Below are positions 18,722 through 27,893 of a DNA stretch of 64,000 nt, in pieces. The DNA is from Pseudomonadaceae bacterium (GTDB lineage: Bacteria; Pseudomonadota; Alphaproteobacteria; UBA2136; UBA6156): positions 345,219-409,218 of the forward strand of contig JACKLD010000012.1 of assembly GCA_024236095.1 (NCBI GenBank), in the 5' to 3' direction. Position 1 is the first letter of the stretch. Every line of letters starts with the position of its first letter. Position numbers and translations under genes: made by a program. Below the pieces are notes generated by a model that was not told the origin of the DNA, made no database searches, and saw only the letters and a program-made list of their open reading frames with translations.

Positions 18722-19986
18722 GTTCCCTCGCCATCGTCGCCGTTTTGCTGGTCATCTCCTCCATCAGCTCGGGCAGCGAGACGGCCTTCCTCAGCGTCTC
18801 CAAAGCCCGCTTGCACCAACGCGCACGGCTGGGGCAAGCCCGCGCCCTCAAGGCCATCAAACTGGTTTCCCATCCCGAGCCGATGCTCACCACCATCCTG
18901 CTCATCAACACGCTGGTCAACATCGCCAGCTCGGCGCTCATTACCGCCTTTTTGGTGCAACGCTTCGGCGAGGTCGGCGTGGCCTACGCCACCATCGCCA
19001 TGAGCGTCATCATCCTCATCTTTGCCGAGGCCCTGCCCAAAACCCTCGGCAGCCGCTTCGCCGAACCCATCACCCTCGCGCTTGCCCCCATTTTTCTGGC
19101 ACTCATCTGGCTGTGTACGCCCTTCGTATGGGTGGTCAAGGCGCTCAACCGGGGCATCTTGCGCCTGATGGGCCTGCACCGCCAAAATCTCCCCGCCTTC
19201 ACCGAAAACGACATCCGTGGCGCCATCAATCTGGGGCTGGAATACGGCACCATCAAACATTCCGAGCAACGCATGCTCGATGCGGTGCTGGATTTGGACG
19301 ACCTCACGGTGGCCGATGTGATGATCCACCGCAGCGCCATCGCCGCGCTGGATATCGCCACCGACCCGTCCACCATCCCCGAGGCACTGGGCAAACTCAA
19401 GCACAGCCGCGTGCCGGTGTTTTCCGGCCAACCCGACAACATCGTCGGCGTGCTGTATGTGCGCGATTATCTGGCCGCACTGGCCCAAGTCTCCAACCGC
19501 ACCCAAGTGGTACTGAAAGACCAGCTCCGCGCCCCCTACTACGTGCCTGAAACCACGCCGGTGGGCCACCAACTGCTGGAGTTCCTCAAGCACCGCCGCC
19601 ACCTCGCCATGGTGGTAGACGAATACGGCGACGTGCAGGGCATGATTTCGCTGGAAGATATTTTGGAAGAAATCGTCGGCGACATGGCCGATGAAAAAGA
19701 CGGCACGGCGGAAAACGTACTGGGCCCCGACGGCTCCATCATCCTCGCGGGCCGTCTGCCGGTGCGCGATGCCAACCGCCGCTACGGCTGGAACCTGCCG
19801 GAAGACGGCGCCGTCACGCTGGCAGGGCTGATGGTCGACCGCCTGCACCACCTGCCCGGCCAGGGTGAAAGCCTCACGGTGGGCACCCTCACCCTCACCG
19901 TGGCCAGCAAACGCGGCCACCGCATCGAGAAGGTTCACCTCGCCCCGGTCAAAAACGATATTCCCCCCAAGGCACCGGACGCATGA
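18718..19986 (+). CDS. HlyC/CorC-family transporter (DUF21 membrane domain + CBS pair + CorC_HlyC domain)
   Basis: MSSLAIVAVLLVISSISSGSETAFLSVSKARL, EALPKTLG, the CBS region and the C-terminal transporter-associated domain. Confidence 0.88.
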   Translation: MSSLAIVAVLLVISSISSGSETAFLSVSKARLHQRARLGQARALKAIKLVSHPEPMLTTILLINTLVNIASSALITAFLVQRFGEVGVAYATIAMSVIILIFAEALPKTLGSRFAEPITLALAPIFLALIWLCTPFVWVVKALNRGILRLMGLHRQNLPAFTENDIRGAINLGLEYGTIKHSEQRMLDAVLDLDDLTVADVMIHRSAIAALDIATDPSTIPEALGKLKHSRVPVFSGQPDNIVGVLYVRDYLAALAQVSNRTQVVLKDQLRAPYYVPETTPVGHQLLEFLKHRRHLAMVVDEYGDVQGMISLEDILEEIVGDMADEKDGTAENVLGPDGSIILAGRLPVRDANRRYGWNLPEDGAVTLAGLMVDRLHHLPGQGESLTVGTLTLTVASKRGHRIEKVHLAPVKNDIPPKAPDA

Positions 19987-20002
19987 CCTCTCACTCCCCA
20001 CC

Positions 20003-20057
20003 TTGCCAGACAAAGGGGGGTAAGCGGGCACAGCCCCCTTGCGCCGAAGGCGTCATT
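20003..20057 (+). repeat. Post-stop-codon repeat family, copy 1
   Basis: Contains the 26-nt core agcccccttgcgccgaaggcgtcatt, identical at 24527-24600 and 26919-26994. It begins 17 nt after the stop of the preceding gene. Confidence 0.85.
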
Positions 20058-20077
20058 TAAATACGGGGTAAACAGCT

Positions 20078-20332
20078 TTAGCGCCCCACCAGCGGACACT
20101 CTTTCCCTTTGGACAAAGGCACCGCAACACGCAACTTTTTCTCTTCCAGAAACCCCATCATCGGCCCGGACAAATACCCGTCTTTGCAGCGCACATGCCC
20201 TTTTGCCAGCTCATCAAGCATGCCCGCCCGCCCGTTGCACTGCGCCACAAACATTACCGGGATTAAAATAGATGCCGCCAAAAAGGGCCTTCCAATCACG
20301 TTGACCGGATGCATATCAGAATAACGCTTCAT
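20078..20332 (-). CDS. Hypothetical small lipoprotein-like protein
   Basis: MKRYSDMHPVNVIGRPFLAASILIPVMFVAQC looks like a signal plus lipobox. Confidence 0.4.
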   Translation of the reverse strand: MKRYSDMHPVNVIGRPFLAASILIPVMFVAQCNGRAGMLDELAKGHVRCKDGYLSGPMMGFLEEKKLRVAVPLSKGKECPLVGR

Positions 20333-20367
20333 GTCTTTTCTTCTCAAATTGTATTCACATTCTTCAT

Positions 20368-22197
20368 TTGACCCTCTACCATACAATGTCTAGTCTGCAA
20401 AGCATGTTCCGCCGTCTTGTCAGCCCCCTCCCCCGCCACAGGCACGTCATCCCCGCACAGGCGGGGATCCACGTTACAAGCCAGGCCGCAGGCCTTCCAT
20501 GCCCTCCACCCCCTACAGAGCATCACTGCAAACGCAGCGCGGCAACCTTTTTCTCCATTCTTTTCCTTTCCCTCCTCCTCCTCACCCTGTCCGCCTGCAC
20601 CCCCGATACCCCCGCCACGCCCCCGCAAGACTACACCACGCCCCCCGCTTCTTCCGCCACCGACACCGGCGACCGCCTCAACCTTACGCTGTTGGGCGAC
20701 GCCACCGGCCTGCTCCCCTTCCTTGCCGGAGAAGCCTCCGCCAGCGAGATTGCGGGCCACATTTACAACAGCCTTCTTACTTACGATAAAGATTTAAATT
20801 TGGTGTGCGAAATATGTGCAAAATATGATATTTCCAACAACGGAAAAACCATCACCTTCACCCTGAAAGACGATATCACCTTCAGCGACGGAACCCCCCT
20901 CACCAGTGCCGACGTACTCGCCACCTACCGTGCCATCACCCACCCCAACACCCGCACCCCCTACGCCGGAGACTACCTCTTGGTGCAAAAGGCCGAGGCC
21001 CCCACCCCCCGCACCTTCCGCGTCACCTATGCCGAACCGTTCGTCCCCGCGCTGGCCAGCTGGGCGGGGCTCACCATCCTGCCCAAAAAGGTTTTGGACG
21101 AAACCCCCGACGACATCAACGCCACCTCCCTCAAAACCGCGCCGCTGGGCAGCGGTCCCTACCAACTGGTGCGGTGGCGCCGCGGGCAGGATGTCCTGCT
21201 GCAAGCCAACCCGCATAGCTGGCAACATCCTAAAATCGGCCAATACTACTACCGCATCATCCCGGACGAAGACACCCAGTTCATGGAACTGAAAGCGGGC
21301 AACGTCGATATCGCCAGCCTCAAACCCCTCGCCTACAACCGCCAAACCGACGCCCCTTGGTTTACCAGCAGCTACACCAAACTGCGTTACCTCTCCAACG
21401 GCTATACCTACATGGGCTTCAACCTCACCCACCCCTTGTTTGCCGATACCCGCGTTCGCCAAGCCCTCTCCTACGCGATAGACCGCCAAGGCATCATCAA
21501 CGCCGTGCTGTTCGGCCAAGGGCTGCCCATGGCGGGCGTCTTCAAGCCGGGCACATGGGCTTATAACGAGAACCTCCAACCCTATCCCTACAACCCGCAA
21601 AAAGCCCGCCAACTGCTGGCCGAAGCAGGCTGGGCCGATACCGATGGCGACGGCCTGCTGGATAAAAACGGCACTCCCTTCCGCTTCACCGTCGTCACCA
21701 ACCAAGGCAACGAGGCCCGCCTCAAAACCGCCCAAATCATGCAATCCTTCTTCCGCGATATCGGCATCGAGATGTCCATCCGCGTACAAGAGTGGAGTAC
21801 CTTCGTCAGCAATACCATCCGCAACCGCGCGTTCGACGCCATCCTGCTGGGCTGGAGCCTCTCCGCCGAGCCCGACCCATATGACATCTGGCACAGCAGC
21901 AAAACCAAGCCGGAAGAGTTCAACATCATAGGCTTCGCCAACCCGCAGGCCGATACGCTGATGGACAAGGCCCGCCACGAATTCAACCAAGCCAAACGGA
22001 AAGAATATCTCGACGCCTTCCAAACCATCCTGCATGAAGAGCAGCCCTATCTCTGGCTCTATGCCCCCTACAGCCTGCTCGCCGTCCATAAACGCATTGT
22101 TGGCATCTCTCCCACCGAGGCCGCCGGCATCAGCTACAACCAACCGGACTGGTACGTGCCGGCCCCATGGCACCTCCGCCCGCAACTCCAACCCTGA
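20368..22197 (+). CDS. ABC transporter substrate-binding protein, peptide/nickel family 5 (start uncertain, possibly damaged 5' end)
   Basis: The mature part is typical of a family-5 binding protein, with lipobox LLTLSAC. The only in-frame ATG codons lie upstream of a REP unit (20445-20498) embedded in the ORF. Confidence 0.85.
   Translation: MTLYHTMSSLQSMFRRLVSPLPRHRHVIPAQAGIHVTSQAAGLPCPPPPTEHHCKRSAATFFSILFLSLLLLTLSACTPDTPATPPQDYTTPPASSATDTGDRLNLTLLGDATGLLPFLAGEASASEIAGHIYNSLLTYDKDLNLVCEICAKYDISNNGKTITFTLKDDITFSDGTPLTSADVLATYRAITHPNTRTPYAGDYLLVQKAEAPTPRTFRVTYAEPFVPALASWAGLTILPKKVLDETPDDINATSLKTAPLGSGPYQLVRWRRGQDVLLQANPHSWQHPKIGQYYYRIIPDEDTQFMELKAGNVDIASLKPLAYNRQTDAPWFTSSYTKLRYLSNGYTYMGFNLTHPLFADTRVRQALSYAIDRQGIINAVLFGQGLPMAGVFKPGTWAYNENLQPYPYNPQKARQLLAEAGWADTDGDGLLDKNGTPFRFTVVTNQGNEARLKTAQIMQSFFRDIGIEMSIRVQEWSTFVSNTIRNRAFDAILLGWSLSAEPDPYDIWHSSKTKPEEFNIIGFANPQADTLMDKARHEFNQAKRKEYLDAFQTILHEEQPYLWLYAPYSLLAVHKRIVGISPTEAAGISYNQPDWYVPAPWHLRPQLQP
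20445..20498 (+). repeat. REP-like unit type X (cgtcatccccgcacaggcggggatccacgttacaagccaggccgcaggccttcc)
   Basis: Close paralog at 30071-30124. It lies inside the 5' part of the binding-protein ORF. Confidence 0.8.
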
Positions 22198-22213
22198 ACG
22201 AAAGGAACCTCCC

Positions 22214-22732
22214 ATGCAAACCGTCATCGTCGGCAGCAAAAACGCCGCCAAACTGGCCGCCGTCACTACCGGCGTGCAGGGCTACTGGCCGCAGGCCAAA
22301 GTACGCGGCGAAAACGTCCCCAGCGGCGTCCCCGACCAACCGCTGGGCATGGAGCAAACCGTGCAAGGCGCCGTCAACCGCGCCAAGGCGGCACATGCAT
22401 TGGGGGCAAACCTCGGCATCGGGCTTGAAGGCGGCGTGGTGGAACTGGCAGAACGTCCGGTACTTCTGGGTATTGTCGCGGTGTTCGATGGCACACAGGT
22501 CTCCGTTTCTCCCACCGTCGGCGTGCCGCTGCCCGACGCTTGGGGCAACGCCCTGAAAGCGGGCGAAGAACTCGGCCCTTTCATTGTCAAAAAGTTCAAC
22601 GACTACAACAAAACCATCGGCACCATGCCGTTTCTCACCCATGGCCGCATCCTGCGGGAAGACGCGTTCACCACCGCCGTCATCGCCGCACTGGCACCAT
22701 GGGTGAAGCCTGAAGCCTTTGCGGAAGAGTAA
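22214..22732 (+). CDS. yjjX: Inosine/xanthosine triphosphatase (YjjX/DUF84 NTPase family)
   Basis: ATG at 22214. MQTVIVGSKNAAKLAAV...GIGLEGGV is typical of the family. Confidence 0.75.
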   Translation: MQTVIVGSKNAAKLAAVTTGVQGYWPQAKVRGENVPSGVPDQPLGMEQTVQGAVNRAKAAHALGANLGIGLEGGVVELAERPVLLGIVAVFDGTQVSVSPTVGVPLPDAWGNALKAGEELGPFIVKKFNDYNKTIGTMPFLTHGRILREDAFTTAVIAALAPWVKPEAFAEE

Positions 22733-22779
22733 AGCTAGGGCCCTGTTAGCAAAGGCCTTGTGCGTTTTGCTAACAGGGC

Positions 22780-23274
22780 CTACCCACCCGTCGAGCCAAA
22801 CCCGCCCTGCCGCACAGCCTCTTTTACCGCCACGCCACCCACGCGCCACACCAGCTGCACCGAGGCCTGCGCAATCCGCATCCCGTCCTCCACCACAAAC
22901 GGCTGACTGCCGCCGTTATGCAGAATCACCTTCATCTCATCAGGGTAGGTATAATCAATCACCCCGCCCAACGCATGCACGCCAAATTTGGCCGCCAGCC
23001 CGCTGCGCGAGCGGATGGTCAACTCCGGCACCAACACCATCGGCCGCTGTTGGAAAACCGGGTGCGCCATATCGGGCCTCAATCCCAACCCGGTCGGAAT
23101 GGGCCGTGTCTCTCCCGCCGCCAGCGTGATGCTGGGCACATCCAACGCCGCCACCATGTCAAAGCACGCTCCATCTGCGGTTTGATAGGCGGGCAGCCCG
23201 TATGCATCCACCTTGTAGTTGGGCAGCACCCGAATGTGCAACGGCGGCGTCTTCAACCAAGCATCAAAATCCAT
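22780..23274 (-). CDS. dut: dUTP diphosphatase-like protein
   Basis: RSRSGLAAKFGV and GGVIDYTYPDEMKVIL resemble dUTPase motifs 2 and 3. The C-terminus is GGFGSTGG. Confidence 0.8.
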   Translation of the reverse strand: MDFDAWLKTPPLHIRVLPNYKVDAYGLPAYQTADGACFDMVAALDVPSITLAAGETRPIPTGLGLRPDMAHPVFQQRPMVLVPELTIRSRSGLAAKFGVHALGGVIDYTYPDEMKVILHNGGSQPFVVEDGMRIAQASVQLVWRVGGVAVKEAVRQGGFGSTGG

Positions 23275-23368
23275 GATACCAACCTAACGGGGCCATATGC
23301 CCCGCGCAAGGGCAACTGCCACATCTGCATGCTTCCCATGTCCGCCCATATCCTGTACAAGGCGGCCC

Positions 23369-24526
23369 ATGAGCTACCACGTGCTGTACGAAGCCTGTCC
23401 GTGGCATTCCCGCGCCGCGCTGTTCGACGAGCACGGCCGCCTGCTCACCCTGCGCATCGACGACGTCGACAGGCCCTTCCGCGAAGGCGCCATCGTGCTG
23501 GGCCGCATCCGCGCGGTGGAAGGCTCGCTGGGGGGCGCCTTTGTCGATATCGGCGACCGTACCGACGGCTTTTTGCCCTTCACCACATTGATGCCCGAAC
23601 AACGCGACAGCAAACTCACCCAGGGGCAATCCTTGCTGGTGCGCATCTCCCGCGCCGGATATCTCGATAAAGGCGCGCGGCTGGATGCCCGCGTCTCGCT
23701 CAAAAACCCGCCAAACAAACTCACGCCGCCCGCGCTGGTGCAAGCGGCTCCCAGCGCCCTCACCCGCGCCTTCCACGATGCCGGCTCGCAACCGGTCAAG
23801 GGCTGGGTGCCCAACGGCGCCTTGCGCCCCACCATGGCCAAGCATCTGGCCGAGGCCAACATCGGCCAAGTGGATGCCGACGGCGACGACAGCTGGTACA
23901 CACGGCTGGACACCGAGCTTGATACCATGCTGACGCCGCAGCCCAGCTGGCCGATGTCCGGCGGCAACCTCATCGTGGAAATGACGTCCGCCGTCGCCAC
24001 CATCGATGTCAACGCGGGCCCAAGCGTGTCCCTTACCCGCAGCGAGACGGTGCTGGCCGCCAACCTTGCCGCCGCCACCGAAGTCGCCCGTCTGGCCCGC
24101 CTGCTCGATTTGGGCGGCGTCATCATCGTGGATTTCATCACTCCGCCGGTACGCGGCCACCGCCACATCATCAGCGAGCATCTGGAGGCCGCCCTCTCCA
24201 CCACCGACGAGAACTTCGTGAGCCTGAGGCCCATGAGCCGCCACGGCATCGTGGAAATCACCCGCGAGCGCAGCGGCCCCAGTCTTACCCTGTTGATGCA
24301 ACGCCCCTACGTGGTGGCGGGGCGCATCCTGCTGGAATTGTGGCGCACGCCGGCCGGCAGCCTGCCCCGCGTGCGAGGCCGCCGCATCCGCTGCCACCCG
24401 GATGTCGCCAGCCTGCTCAAGCAACGCCTCACCAGCGAAGCATGCCTCACCCACCTCGGCATGCTGGTGGCCATCGAGGCCGACCCCCTGCTGCCGGTGT
24501 CCCGCTACACAATTGCCGACGAATAA
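23369..24526 (+). CDS. Ribonuclease E/G family protein (short form)
   Basis: ATG at 23369. It has an S1-like GAIVLGRIRAVEGSLGGAFVDIG and a catalytic-domain-like body. Confidence 0.75.
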   Translation: MSYHVLYEACPWHSRAALFDEHGRLLTLRIDDVDRPFREGAIVLGRIRAVEGSLGGAFVDIGDRTDGFLPFTTLMPEQRDSKLTQGQSLLVRISRAGYLDKGARLDARVSLKNPPNKLTPPALVQAAPSALTRAFHDAGSQPVKGWVPNGALRPTMAKHLAEANIGQVDADGDDSWYTRLDTELDTMLTPQPSWPMSGGNLIVEMTSAVATIDVNAGPSVSLTRSETVLAANLAAATEVARLARLLDLGGVIIVDFITPPVRGHRHIISEHLEAALSTTDENFVSLRPMSRHGIVEITRERSGPSLTLLMQRPYVVAGRILLELWRTPAGSLPRVRGRRIRCHPDVASLLKQRLTSEACLTHLGMLVAIEADPLLPVSRYTIADE

Positions 24527-24600
24527 CCCAGTTTGCCAAATTCGTTACAGGCAAAGAGGGGTCACGGGGACAAAGCCCCCTTGCGCCGAAGGCGTCATTC
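24527..24600 (+). repeat. Post-stop-codon repeat family, copy 2
   Basis: Starts immediately after the TAA at 24524-24526: ...tttgccaaattcgttacaggcaa...agcccccttgcgccgaaggcgtcattcc. Confidence 0.85.
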
Positions 24601-24744
24601 CAGCCCCGCCAAGCCAAAGCAACAGCCACTGGCCGACAGCTGGAACCCAACACCGCTCGCGCTCGTTCCTGCCAATAAAGCCAATATGCTTTAAAGCCAC
24701 TCCCCTCCCTTGATATCCCCCGCCCAAACCCCATACCATTCACC

Positions 24745-25332
24745 ATGGACACCACCCCCCGCCCCGTCCCCATGGGCCAAGCCCGCGGGGCCGCCCCATC
24801 TCTCACACGCCGCCATCTTACGGGCCCGCTCACCGGTGTCACCCTCCGCGCAAGCTCGTTCCTGCTCACCGGCGCCACCGTTGCCGCCCTGCTGGCGGTA
24901 CCCCTTGCCGAATACCAACGCCGCAACATGCGCATCACCGTCAAGCCGGAAGCCTCGCAGGCGATCCAAAGCCTCACCTCCAACTATGTCAAACGCGGCA
25001 CCACCCGCTGGGCGTGCAAATATGGCCGGAAGCTCATCCAGTCGATGCTTGATACAAAATTCCACCCTGCCATCGATGTCGGTTGCCATATCCTGCGCGA
25101 CCTGCCCCGCCTGGAGTCCCAGCGGCTGCTCAAAGCCGTCAACACCATGAGCCGCGACGGTACGCTGGACGTCGATGAAATCGACAGCCTCCGCAACATC
25201 CTCGCCACCAACAATGTCAAGGTTCACTGCCCCTCGCTGGAAACCGCCTTGGCCCCGCTCGATGACAACAAACCGTCGGTGGCCCTTGGCAAAAAAGTTG
25301 CCCGCGCCGTTACCCATTGCCCCGCCCGCTAA
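24745..25332 (+). CDS. Hypothetical protein (195 aa, one N-terminal hydrophobic segment)
   Basis: ORF with normal composition. No family recognised. Confidence 0.45.
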   Translation: MDTTPRPVPMGQARGAAPSLTRRHLTGPLTGVTLRASSFLLTGATVAALLAVPLAEYQRRNMRITVKPEASQAIQSLTSNYVKRGTTRWACKYGRKLIQSMLDTKFHPAIDVGCHILRDLPRLESQRLLKAVNTMSRDGTLDVDEIDSLRNILATNNVKVHCPSLETALAPLDDNKPSVALGKKVARAVTHCPAR

Positions 25333-25370
25333 CCTGTCAGCCCTCCTTGCCCAACATTCCATAACATTCC

Positions 25371-25940
25371 ATGAGCACCGCCAAATCCGCCATCGCCTCC
25401 TTTATGGTGGCGACCACCGCTGCAACCGGCTTTACCGCCTGCACCAGCACGCCCGGACTGGCAGGACAAGCCAAAGCTGCACCAGCCGCATCCCGCTACC
25501 GCCTTCCAGACAAAGCCGTGGCCGACATCACCCCGACCAAAGCACGCTGGGCATGCAGCTTACTTGGCGCATTGGTAGCCAAACCGGCAATTCATATCGC
25601 CTACGGTTCCGATGGCACCAAGGCATTTGAAGGCGCCTGCGCCATCATGGAGCAACTCGACAGCATTGCCCCGCTCAAAACCACCAGCGGACAAGAAGTT
25701 TCACGCTTCGACTACCTCGTCGAGCTTATTCCCCAAATGCTGACGCGGCCCGACGGTTTCGGCCATCAAAACGTCGAAGCCTTAATCCGCACAGTCAAGG
25801 TTTTGGGCGCAGGCCTCACCCAAGAGCAAGCCGATGCGCTCGAAGCCGCAGCCCAACAAGCCCAACAGAACATGGGCATTACCAATCTCCAACTTAACAG
25901 CAATTTCGCCCAACCTTTGGTTGCCTCAGGCCCCCGTTAA
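25371..25940 (+). CDS. Hypothetical lipoprotein (189 aa)
   Basis: MSTAKSAIASFMVATTAATGFTAC is signal and lipobox-like. Confidence 0.5.
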   Translation: MSTAKSAIASFMVATTAATGFTACTSTPGLAGQAKAAPAASRYRLPDKAVADITPTKARWACSLLGALVAKPAIHIAYGSDGTKAFEGACAIMEQLDSIAPLKTTSGQEVSRFDYLVELIPQMLTRPDGFGHQNVEALIRTVKVLGAGLTQEQADALEAAAQQAQQNMGITNLQLNSNFAQPLVASGPR

Positions 25941-25955
25941 CCATTACCATGGGCC

Positions 25956-26918
25956 ATGCCCTATCTGGCCCGCCGCCTCCTTGCCACCATCCCCCTGCTG
26001 CTGGGCATCACCCTCGTCTGCTTTGCCGTCATCCACCTGGCCCCCGGCGATCCCACCCTGCTGATGGGCGATTTCGACCCCAAAGCCCAAGCCAACACCG
26101 CCATGCAACAAAGCTACGGGCTCGATAAACCTCTTTGGCAACAATACCTCCACTGGCTCGGCAACCTCGCCACCTTCAACCTCGGTACCAGCCTCGCACC
26201 GGGCAATCAGGCCGTAGCCGAGAAAATCCTCACCGCCCTTCCCACCACCCTATATCTCAATATCGGCGGCTTGCTCTTCACCCTGCTCATCGCCATTCCG
26301 GTGGGTGTGTGGGCCGCCACCCGTGCAGGCCGCACGTCCGATGCCACCCTCACCCTCGTCCTCTACCTTGGCCTTGCCGCCCCCGGCTTTTGGCTGGCAC
26401 TGTTGGGCATGCAGTATTTCGGCCTCACACTGGGCTGGGTGCCCCTCTCCGGCCTTAACAGCTTCGGGGCAGAAAACTGGCCCCTCCCCGCCCGCCTGGC
26501 CGATACCCTCCACCACCTCGCCCTCCCCCTTGCCGTGGGCGTGGTAGGCAGCGTGGCGGGCCTTACCCGCTTCGTGCGCGGCAGCATGGTTCAAGCCCTG
26601 CAAAGCGACTACGTGCTGGCCGCCCGCGCCAAAGGCTGCGGCCCCATCCGTACCCTTACCCGCCATGCGCTGCGCAATGCCCTCTTGCCGGTCATCACCA
26701 TTCTGGGCCTCAGCCTGCCAGGCCTTCTGGGCGGCAGCGTCATCATCGAGAGCATCTTTGCCCTCCCCGGCCTCGGCCAACTGTTCTACACCTCTGTCAT
26801 GATGCGCGACTACCCCACCATCATGGCCCTGCTGACCTTCGGCGCGGTACTCACACTTTTGGGCAACCTCCTCGCCGACCTCGCCTACGCCCTCGCCGAC
26901 CCCCGCATCCGCAATTAA
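25956..26918 (+). CDS. ABC transporter permease (DppB/OppB type)
   Basis: MPYLARRLLATIPLLLGITLVCFAVIHLAPGDP plus the EAA-loop region YVLAARAKGCGPIRTLTRHALRNAL. Confidence 0.92.
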   Translation: MPYLARRLLATIPLLLGITLVCFAVIHLAPGDPTLLMGDFDPKAQANTAMQQSYGLDKPLWQQYLHWLGNLATFNLGTSLAPGNQAVAEKILTALPTTLYLNIGGLLFTLLIAIPVGVWAATRAGRTSDATLTLVLYLGLAAPGFWLALLGMQYFGLTLGWVPLSGLNSFGAENWPLPARLADTLHHLALPLAVGVVGSVAGLTRFVRGSMVQALQSDYVLAARAKGCGPIRTLTRHALRNALLPVITILGLSLPGLLGGSVIIESIFALPGLGQLFYTSVMMRDYPTIMALLTFGAVLTLLGNLLADLAYALADPRIRN

Positions 26919-26994
26919 AGCTGTTTGCCAAGTTATTTTCACAGGTAACGGGGGTCAAGGGGGCGCAGCCCCCTTGCGCCGAAGGCGTCATTCC
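26919..26994 (+). repeat. Post-stop-codon repeat family, copy 3
   Basis: Starts immediately after the TAA at 26916-26918. It contains the perfect hairpin aagggggc gca gccccctt and the shared 26-nt core. Confidence 0.85.
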
Positions 26995-27131
26995 AAAGAG
27001 CTTGAGCCTGCCCTCGCGAAGGCGGGGGGCCCACCACATATCTCAGATATCTCTCGCCGTTGACGCCGCGCGCAACCTGGAACCCAGCTCAGATACCTCA
27101 CAAAGCCCTAAAAACTATCCACAAAAACGCT

Positions 27132-27842
27132 TTAGCGCTCCAAACCCGCCACATACGCATCCATCGCTCGATGCTCCTGCCACATTTCGGCTGCCGGCCC
27201 ATGCTTGGGCGTCAACGGCTGCAAAAACTCCTGCCACTCGGCTGGCTCAGGCGAGCGCGCATTCTTGAACGCCATCAGGTTGCCATACGTTGGCGTATAA
27301 ACCAGCACGTTCAACCGTCGGTCACCCTCCCCCTTCTTCCCCTTGCGCTGGTCGTGGCCCCGCTTGCTGTTCCAGTCCTGCGCGGCCAACGCCACATTGT
27401 CCCAGTTAATCTCACCGCCATAAAACGCCGGCACAATATGGTCAATCGAAGCCTGTTGCGCCGGGCTCCGCCCCTTCAAGCTCACCTTCCGCCGCCGTTT
27501 GTAAGCATCGCGACCGTTTTCCCGCTCATACAGGTTGGCCAAATTGCACGGCGGCACATCCTCCGGCGTCTGGTTAGGCGAATACTTTGTCAACGCCACA
27601 ACACTCGGCAAGCGCATCTCAAAACTGGGGCTGCGCGCCCACACCTCGCTCCATTTCACCGGAACAACCGTCTCCGCAAGAAGGCGCCGCACCAACTCTT
27701 CGCCATCCAAAGTAAGTAACGGAGAACCCATCGGGCGATAATCGGCATTCAACAGCAAGGCACGGTGGGTGGTAAAGGCAGTGGAACTCTGCGCCACGCC
27801 CACCATCTCAAATGCTTCGTTGCTTTTGCATGCAGCCATCAT
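27132..27842 (-). CDS. HNH-endonuclease-family protein, Cys-less variant with C-terminal extension
   Basis: LLLNADYRPMG...MRLPSVVALTKY...ASIDHIVPAFYGGEINWDNVALAAQDWNSKRG. Start taken at Met51 of the track ORF so as not to overlap the dppC-like start. Confidence 0.65.
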   Translation of the reverse strand: MMAACKSNEAFEMVGVAQSSTAFTTHRALLLNADYRPMGSPLLTLDGEELVRRLLAETVVPVKWSEVWARSPSFEMRLPSVVALTKYSPNQTPEDVPPCNLANLYERENGRDAYKRRRKVSLKGRSPAQQASIDHIVPAFYGGEINWDNVALAAQDWNSKRGHDQRKGKKGEGDRRLNVLVYTPTYGNLMAFKNARSPEPAEWQEFLQPLTPKHGPAAEMWQEHRAMDAYVAGLER

Positions 27843-27893
27843 ACAAACCCCAACCCTTCCCGCAAGCGCCCTGCCCATGATACAGTCACCGCC

